Assembly (NCBI GenBank): GCA_000025185.1
Contig: CP001848.1
Coordinates: 4,380,001 to 4,412,000 of the forward strand
From: Pirellula staleyi DSM 6068
GTDB lineage: Bacteria > Planctomycetota > Planctomycetia > Pirellulales > Pirellulaceae
Length of the DNA stretch: 32,000 nt
Reading direction: 5' to 3'
Part shown: piece by piece, positions 27,378 through 32,000 of the stretch
Position numbering within the stretch: the stretch's first letter is position 1
Layout of the letters: every line of letters begins with the position of its first letter
Translations under genes and position numbers: made by a program
Notes under the pieces: generated by a model
Told to the model about the DNA's origin: nothing
The model's input: only the letters and a program-made list of their open reading frames with translations
Databases searched by the model: none

Positions 27378-27481
27378 CTAAATGCCCGCTTGCAGAATTG
27401 TTGCAAGTTGGCATTTTTAATGTACTTATGGCGATACCGCCTTTGTGTTCGCGTCATCTAAATCTTTGGTCGGCCGCAAAT

Positions 27482-27560
27482 AGTCCGATAAAACGGGCAT
27501 CTCTAGTCCGATAAGCGCTCACCCGAAGTCCGATAAGCCCGTAAAATGTGCTATCGGACT
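27482..27560. promoter_or_regulatory. Cluster of AGTCCGATAA sites (3 direct, 1 inverted) upstream of the recombinase gene
   Basis: Direct copies at 27482-27491, 27505-27514 and 27527-27536, spaced 23 and 22 bp apart. An inverted copy (TATCGGACT) lies at 27552-27560, 19 nt before the ATG at 27580. Confidence 0.6.
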
Positions 27561-27579
27561 ATTCATTCGCACTCGCGGG

Positions 27580-29190
27580 ATGAGGGGGAGCAGCGTGGGC
27601 ACTAGAACCAGAATTACCTGGAAACTGGACAAGCAGGGACAGTACGCCCGTCAGATCGGCCGGAAGCGAGCGGACAACGGTAAAGTCGTCCAGCATAAGT
27701 TCCGCCTGGGTGCAGAACTCGTTGAAGCCAAGCGAAGAGAGCAGCGTCTCCGTGAACTCTGGGAACAGATCGAAGCGGAGCATCCGAGGGGAGCTGCCGA
27801 GTGGACTTCCGAGACCCTCAGTTTTGCTCGACAGATCGCTAAAGGCGAAAAGCTGATAGAGCTTCCTCAGTTCCACGGCGAATCCCCGGCTGCCTACGCC
27901 AAGCGACTCCACCTTACACAGAAAAAATATCCAGCCATTGCCATCGTTGCTGAAGATCGTGAGGCCCAGGAAATAGGCGAGATCGCAATCGACAGTATGC
28001 ACGAGGTTCAGGCTCTCGCACGTGATACCGTGCATCAACTTTCAGTCGATCTTGATTCGCGCACGGCGGTTGCGAGGTCACGTTCACGCAAGTCCACTAA
28101 AGGTAGCGGCGCAAGGCTTCACGAGGCTTTTGACGCCTTTATTGAATGGATCAAGAAGGACTATCACCGCGAAGCACTAGGTCGGGTCAATGACGGCGGT
28201 CTGACGCTGATCCGCCAAGTTGGCACACTGAAAGAGAAGCACGAAGATACCGCATTATCCACGATCGACTACGTTGCCGTTGAGTTGATGTTTCAGTTTT
28301 GGCGGCAGCGCCCGTTTCGCAAGGGAACCAAACGACCGATTAGTCGGGTGTCTGCCGAAAACTATCTCGGACTGCTGAAGCGTTTTTTCCGGTGGCTTCA
28401 TCGGCAACCGAAATTCGCTTGGAGTAAGCCTGATGACTTTGAAGAGATCTCCACGAAAGTTGAGGACGATCCCGATGGATTGCAGCGCGGATTGGCGCAA
28501 GTAAAGACCTTCGGGCTAGCTGAACTCATCAAGCTGAACGAAGTCGCGACACCCTTGGAACGATTATTTCTCCTGCTCGGGTTGAATTGCGGGTTTGGCG
28601 TGAAAGAGATTGCGACTCTCACCGTGGGAGAGGTGGTGCTCTTCAAAGGACATAACGACCGAGAGCAAGAGCTTTTGGGATATCAGACGACAGCAGCGGA
28701 CTCGTTCATCAAGCGAGTACGGCGAAAGAGCAGCGTGTACGGTGAATGGATATTGTTTCAACAAACCGTCGATGGCCTACAGTGGGCACTAAAGCGGCGT
28801 CGAGCGATGCCGGATTTTTCGCCGAATGCGCCGTTGCTGCTCAATAGCCACGGGGAACGATATGACAAGCCAACGAAGGGTGATCACCGCAATCAGCAGA
28901 TCTCGAATCGGTTCAACGATCTCGTAGCGCGCATTCGAGCAAAGGATGAGTCCTTCCCGAAGCTGTCTTTTGGCAAGCTCCGCAAGACATCAGGAAACCT
29001 AATGCGAGATCGAGGCGGTGGCGAGGTCTCGGGTGTTCATCTTTGCCATGGCCAAGCGGTAAAAACCGATGACCTCGCCGACGCCTACACGAATCGCCCT
29101 TTCGGCAAAGTCTTTGCAGCATTGCGAGTTGTGGAGCAATACCTACAGCCTGTATTTGCCGCTGCGGGTCCGAATCCTTTTGGCAAGTAG
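27580..29190 (+). CDS. Divergent tyrosine-recombinase-like integrase
   Basis: 536 aa, next to a tRNA. The C-terminal region aligns by eye to integrase boxes: LLLGLNCGFGVKEIATL (box I), FGKLRKTSGNLM (compare HxLRHT), LCHG (compare LGH) and DAYTNR (candidate catalytic Tyr). Several canonical residues appear substituted, so the assignment is tentative. Confidence 0.55.
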   Translation: MRGSSVGTRTRITWKLDKQGQYARQIGRKRADNGKVVQHKFRLGAELVEAKRREQRLRELWEQIEAEHPRGAAEWTSETLSFARQIAKGEKLIELPQFHGESPAAYAKRLHLTQKKYPAIAIVAEDREAQEIGEIAIDSMHEVQALARDTVHQLSVDLDSRTAVARSRSRKSTKGSGARLHEAFDAFIEWIKKDYHREALGRVNDGGLTLIRQVGTLKEKHEDTALSTIDYVAVELMFQFWRQRPFRKGTKRPISRVSAENYLGLLKRFFRWLHRQPKFAWSKPDDFEEISTKVEDDPDGLQRGLAQVKTFGLAELIKLNEVATPLERLFLLLGLNCGFGVKEIATLTVGEVVLFKGHNDREQELLGYQTTAADSFIKRVRRKSSVYGEWILFQQTVDGLQWALKRRRAMPDFSPNAPLLLNSHGERYDKPTKGDHRNQQISNRFNDLVARIRAKDESFPKLSFGKLRKTSGNLMRDRGGGEVSGVHLCHGQAVKTDDLADAYTNRPFGKVFAALRVVEQYLQPVFAAAGPNPFGK

Positions 29191-29838
29191 TCCCGTCATT
29201 GTGAGTGATGTAAATCACCCTTGGCCACACTTCCGTGTCAGCGCACTGCTGTAGCGACCTAGACGCCTGACTCGCTTGCCGCGTTCATCTTCATCGACGC
29301 GGCGGGCAGTTCGCCTTCCTTGTAACGCTCCACCGGACCGCGTCGTCGCGGATGGGCGATGATGCTTCGCAGGCCGTTGCTGTCAGCGACAGGCTAGGAT
29401 CTACTTATGCCGGAATTGCCGGGAAAAATTCCCGGCTGGCAAAGTTGTTGATTCCATACTTGCGAGTGCCGGAAGCGTTCCGCTTCAGTGGCGATAACGT
29501 GAAACTTTGGCGAACGGAACTGTGAGCGAGTCCGGCTTACTTATCCACCGCGACAAATTCGCGGGCGCAAACCATCTGGGACCTACGAGATGCACAGATC
29601 AATGACGCGACGAGGATCAGCGGGAACCACCGAACTCCTTTCGTTGCCTATTGCTGACGTCGCCAGTTCTATCAGCGACACGGTCCACCTCACTGGAACC
29701 TCTTCAGCGGCATCCTTCCCTGGGGTCGCTCAGCGGTCTGTTTGGAGATCTGCAACACCCCCGGTAACATCTTCTTTCCGAACGCCGCCCCGCTGCGCGA
29801 GCGGCGGGCGGCAAAGGTTGAGGAGAAGCTATTCTCCT

Positions 29839-29928
29839 TATCTCAATAATATATTGAGATAGGCGCTGTATCTCAATAATCGGAAAACGGCGTCCTATCT
29901 CAATAATCGGGACGGCATTATTGGGATA
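29839..29928. promoter_or_regulatory. TATCTCAATAAT operator-like repeat cluster
   Basis: Direct copies at 29839-29850, 29869-29880 and 29896-29907. The first copy is part of a palindrome with ATTGAGATA at 29853-29861. An inverted 11/12 copy (ATTATTGGGATA) lies at 29917-29928. The cluster is preceded by hairpin AGGAGAA-GCTA-TTCTCCT (29821-29838). Confidence 0.6.
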
Positions 29929-30117
29929 CATTTACGCAAACTCGGGACTGCTGAACCCGACAAATCAGAACTCGCCGTCCCTCGGTTGTCTTCTATCAGG
30001 ATGGCCGAACTATACGAAAGCAGCCAGACACAAATTCAATGTCATAATACCAGCGATGCCATCCTGGCCGAGTGTCCTGGTACGTTTGGCAGTGTGGAAA
30101 AAATGTCGGGTGCATGA

Positions 30118-30139
30118 AAGGTACAAACTTGCATTTTCG
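30118..30139 (-). terminator. Putative intrinsic terminator of the Rep-like gene
   Basis: On the minus strand, CUUGCAUUU-ACGA-AAAUGCAAG forms a perfect 9-bp stem followed by UUUGUACCUUU. It lies 74 nt downstream of the stop at 30213. Confidence 0.45.
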
Positions 30140-30212
30140 TAAATGCAAGCGGTATTCTTCCGCCATTGGCAAGTCGGGCTCCCTACCTGTGCTTGTCGAA
30201 GGACCCTACGGT

Positions 30213-31463
30213 TCAATCCACTGAACTGAAGGCTGGACGAGCATCTTGACGGGAAATCTTCCGGCGACGCCTGTGCTTCACCTCGGGCCGCACGGGTGGT
30301 CCCATTGGTGTGGCGATCTCGTAGTGTTCAAGCGTTGCGATTTTGCCTGCCTTGTCAGCATGGTTGTTGGCAGCGTGGTCCTCGTCATCCCGCCAGAAAA
30401 CTGACAGGTCAGTTCCCAACGGCAGACGATAACGCTTGGCGAGCTGCTCGACCGTCAACCGACATAGTTGCTCGCGTTCCGTGGCGCCATGTACGGGGCT
30501 GGGGATGCGAATCAATTTGCGTGACGGAATCTTTCGATTGATGTAATCGGCCCTTAGCAATCCAGCCTTCTGGAGCTGCTTCATAGCCAGCGCCACAGAT
30601 CGCTCCGAAAGCCCCGCTTGCTGGGCGATCTGCCCGTGAGTGTTTTCCGGACGCTTCTTTATTCCCTTCCTTTCAAGCCAGCGCAACCACCGCGCCAACA
30701 CCAGCGACTGTGTCAGCCGTGGCAACGCTATGAACTCGGAGGCGTTGAGCCACGTTCGCCATTCACATTCATCGGGATGCGGCTTCCATGCGCCATCGAG
30801 CTTCCCCAGTTGGGCCAGCTCAAAGTGCACGTTTCGATCCAGCACCAGCACCGGGCCGCGATGCCCCTTTATCTTGAACCGATCAATCAACCCACGTGAC
30901 TGCAGGGCATAGACAGCCTCGACGACGCGGCGCTCGGACAACCCGAGCGTATTGAACAGCCGCGTGTAGGTCGCGAAGTAGGGACGCCGCAGAAACTCGT
31001 CCGGATTCGGGTTGAGATCCTCGTCGGTAAGGCCCGCCACAAATGACGGTTTGAGCCTGTGCTTTCCGTAAAGGCCCGGACTGCGTTGATTGAGGTACAC
31101 GAGATGGGACAGCAGCAAGCCCGCACCCACATTCCCTTGCGTGGCGAGGACGGCCCAACTAGAGATCAGTGTGCCAGGTCGTGGATCGTCCGTGGGTCGG
31201 TTGTCCCGACCCATAAAGTGCTCGCAGATTCGACCGAATTGCTCCAGATCGACAGCAGGAGGCGGATTCTTTGGCCGCTTGGGCTCGGGGGTGTCTGGAG
31301 ACTTGCGACTGATCCCCGTGGGATATGGTTTCAGATTGTCAGCTTGGCGGACCGGCAACCCGGGAAGATTTGGACGACGACAACTGGCACCGTGTTCGCT
31401 GCCGTTCGACGCCTCGCCAATTCGACTTGACCGTAAAGAGCGCTTTGATACGCTGACTGACAT
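30213..31463 (-). CDS. Rep-like / replisome-organizer-like protein with two winged-helix-type HTH segments
   Basis: 416 aa. Basic, Pro-rich N-terminus. A LLLSHLVYL segment resembles those seen in phage/plasmid initiators. Two HTH-like segments are present (LGLSERRVVEAVYALQSRGLI and AGLSERSVALAMKQLQKAGLL). Iterons lie upstream. The function is inferred, not shown. Confidence 0.5.
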   Translation of the reverse strand: MSVSVSKRSLRSSRIGEASNGSEHGASCRRPNLPGLPVRQADNLKPYPTGISRKSPDTPEPKRPKNPPPAVDLEQFGRICEHFMGRDNRPTDDPRPGTLISSWAVLATQGNVGAGLLLSHLVYLNQRSPGLYGKHRLKPSFVAGLTDEDLNPNPDEFLRRPYFATYTRLFNTLGLSERRVVEAVYALQSRGLIDRFKIKGHRGPVLVLDRNVHFELAQLGKLDGAWKPHPDECEWRTWLNASEFIALPRLTQSLVLARWLRWLERKGIKKRPENTHGQIAQQAGLSERSVALAMKQLQKAGLLRADYINRKIPSRKLIRIPSPVHGATEREQLCRLTVEQLAKRYRLPLGTDLSVFWRDDEDHAANNHADKAGKIATLEHYEIATPMGPPVRPEVKHRRRRKISRQDARPAFSSVD

Positions 31464-31626
31464 TGCTGATCTCCCATTGCAAGGACGGCAATACCCTCGG
31501 CCAGGCGAGAGCTACCCACTCTCGCCTGGCCTTTTTCGTTTTCCAGACCCCTGATTTCTTAAACAATCCCGAAATCCAGTCAACAGCAGCGCTGGCAGGC
31601 AAATTGGAAGTGGCCTCCTGAAACCA

Positions 31627-31734
31627 TGAAACTGCGAAAGTGGTAATCGTGAAACTGCGAAAATGGTAATCCACCAGCACCTGAAACTGCGAAGGCGGTA
31701 TTCTACCGCCCATGTAACTGCGAAAATGGTACCC
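31627..31734. repeat. Four 22-bp iteron-like direct repeats (core AACTGCGAA..GGTA)
   Basis: TGAAACTGCGAAAGTGGTAATC (31627-31648), TGAAACTGCGAAAATGGTAATC (31650-31671), TGAAACTGCGAAGGCGGTATTC (31682-31703) and TGTAACTGCGAAAATGGTACCC (31713-31734). They are followed by the AT-rich GACTATATAAAAACAAGAG (31741-31759). They lie 164-271 nt upstream of the Rep-like start. Confidence 0.75.
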
Positions 31735-32000
31735 ACCAGAGACTATATAAAAACAAGAGACTCCTCTGAATTAAGAAACTCCGTAATTGAGTGCGGCTAC
31801 TCGTCGCTACGCTCCGCCGCCGCACTCAAAACACGCTTGCGCTTACGAGCCAAGCCAGAAGTGGGCCAAGGGAAGTGTCCTGATCGCTGTGATCTCTCCG
31901 AGAACACCGAATTTCTTCGATTGGAACTCAATCTGCCCCTGACTAGACCAGTATTGCCTTGCCGCGCAAATACTGCTCGACTCGCTGAATACGATTGGCT

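Larger units (their letters stand above)
27378..32000. mobile_element. Probable tRNA-Ser-linked integrative element (left end only; right end outside window)
   Basis: A recombinase-like gene lies 200 bp downstream of the tRNA 3' end, preceded by a repeated site cluster. A Rep-like gene with iterons follows. CGATCG is common in the rest of the window (about 46 hand-counted sites) but seen only once here. No copy of the tRNA 3' end (attR) was found in the window. Confidence 0.6.

Noticed and set aside
29262-29393. A minus-strand frame encoding ...VERYKEGELPAASMKMNAASESGV, faintly reminiscent of excisionase-type HTH C-termini.
   Set aside because: The frame is only 44 codons between stops, with no ATG or GTG upstream of the HTH-like part. 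That is too weak to call.
29590-29931. ORFs 29590-29862(+) and 29704-29931(-) in the island control region.
   Set aside because: The translations are Arg/Ser/Pro-rich or consist of repeat-encoded IIEI units produced by the TATCTCAATAAT sites. No start context or motifs are present.
29839-31734. Short repeat clusters considered as a possible CRISPR array.
   Set aside because: There are only 3-5 copies of 12-22 bp with irregular spacing of 23-32 bp. Spacers are shorter than or equal to the repeats, some copies are inverted, and no cas genes are present. Operator or iteron sites explain them better.
31943-32000. A possible 3' end of a minus-strand gene entering from the right edge (...ANRIQRVEQYLRGKAILV-stop, stop at 31943-31945).
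   Set aside because: Only 18 codons are visible, so it cannot be supported or assigned from this window.

Overview
High-GC (~57-60% in hand-sampled stretches) bacterial chromosome segment. The gene content suggests Planctomycetota, by inference only. Positions 1-19.8 kb are mostly core genes: a BT1-like MFS transporter, lutABC, a stand-alone FtsH-type (M41) peptidase domain, prfC, and a ~2160-aa polytopic membrane protein with an N-terminal zinc ribbon. A minus-strand signalling cluster follows (PQQ-like beta-propeller, membrane-anchored Ser/Thr kinase, gamma-glutamylcyclotransferase, transglutaminase-like protein), divergent from an ECF sigma factor. Positions 19.8-21.0 kb hold the least explicable structure. 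Two 263-bp direct repeats with 5 mismatches and perfect internal hairpins bracket a ~45% GC insert. That insert carries one Shine-Dalgarno-led 89-codon ORF, directly downstream of a TAT-signal sulfite-oxidase-family molybdoenzyme gene. Next come two tandem SHOCT-domain membrane paralogs with a mosaic conservation pattern, a DinB-family protein, a lone receiver domain and an M28 peptidase with two PDZ domains. From the tRNA-Ser(GCU) at 27.3 kb to the window edge lies a probable integrative element. It contains a repeated AGTCCGATAA site cluster, a divergent tyrosine-recombinase-like gene, ~1 kb of non-coding DNA with a TATCTCAATAAT operator-like cluster, a two-winged-helix Rep-like gene and four 22-bp iterons beside an AT-rich patch. 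No CRISPR array, rRNA or recognisable defence genes were seen. All calls rest on reading the ORF translations and the sequence by eye. No database search was run.
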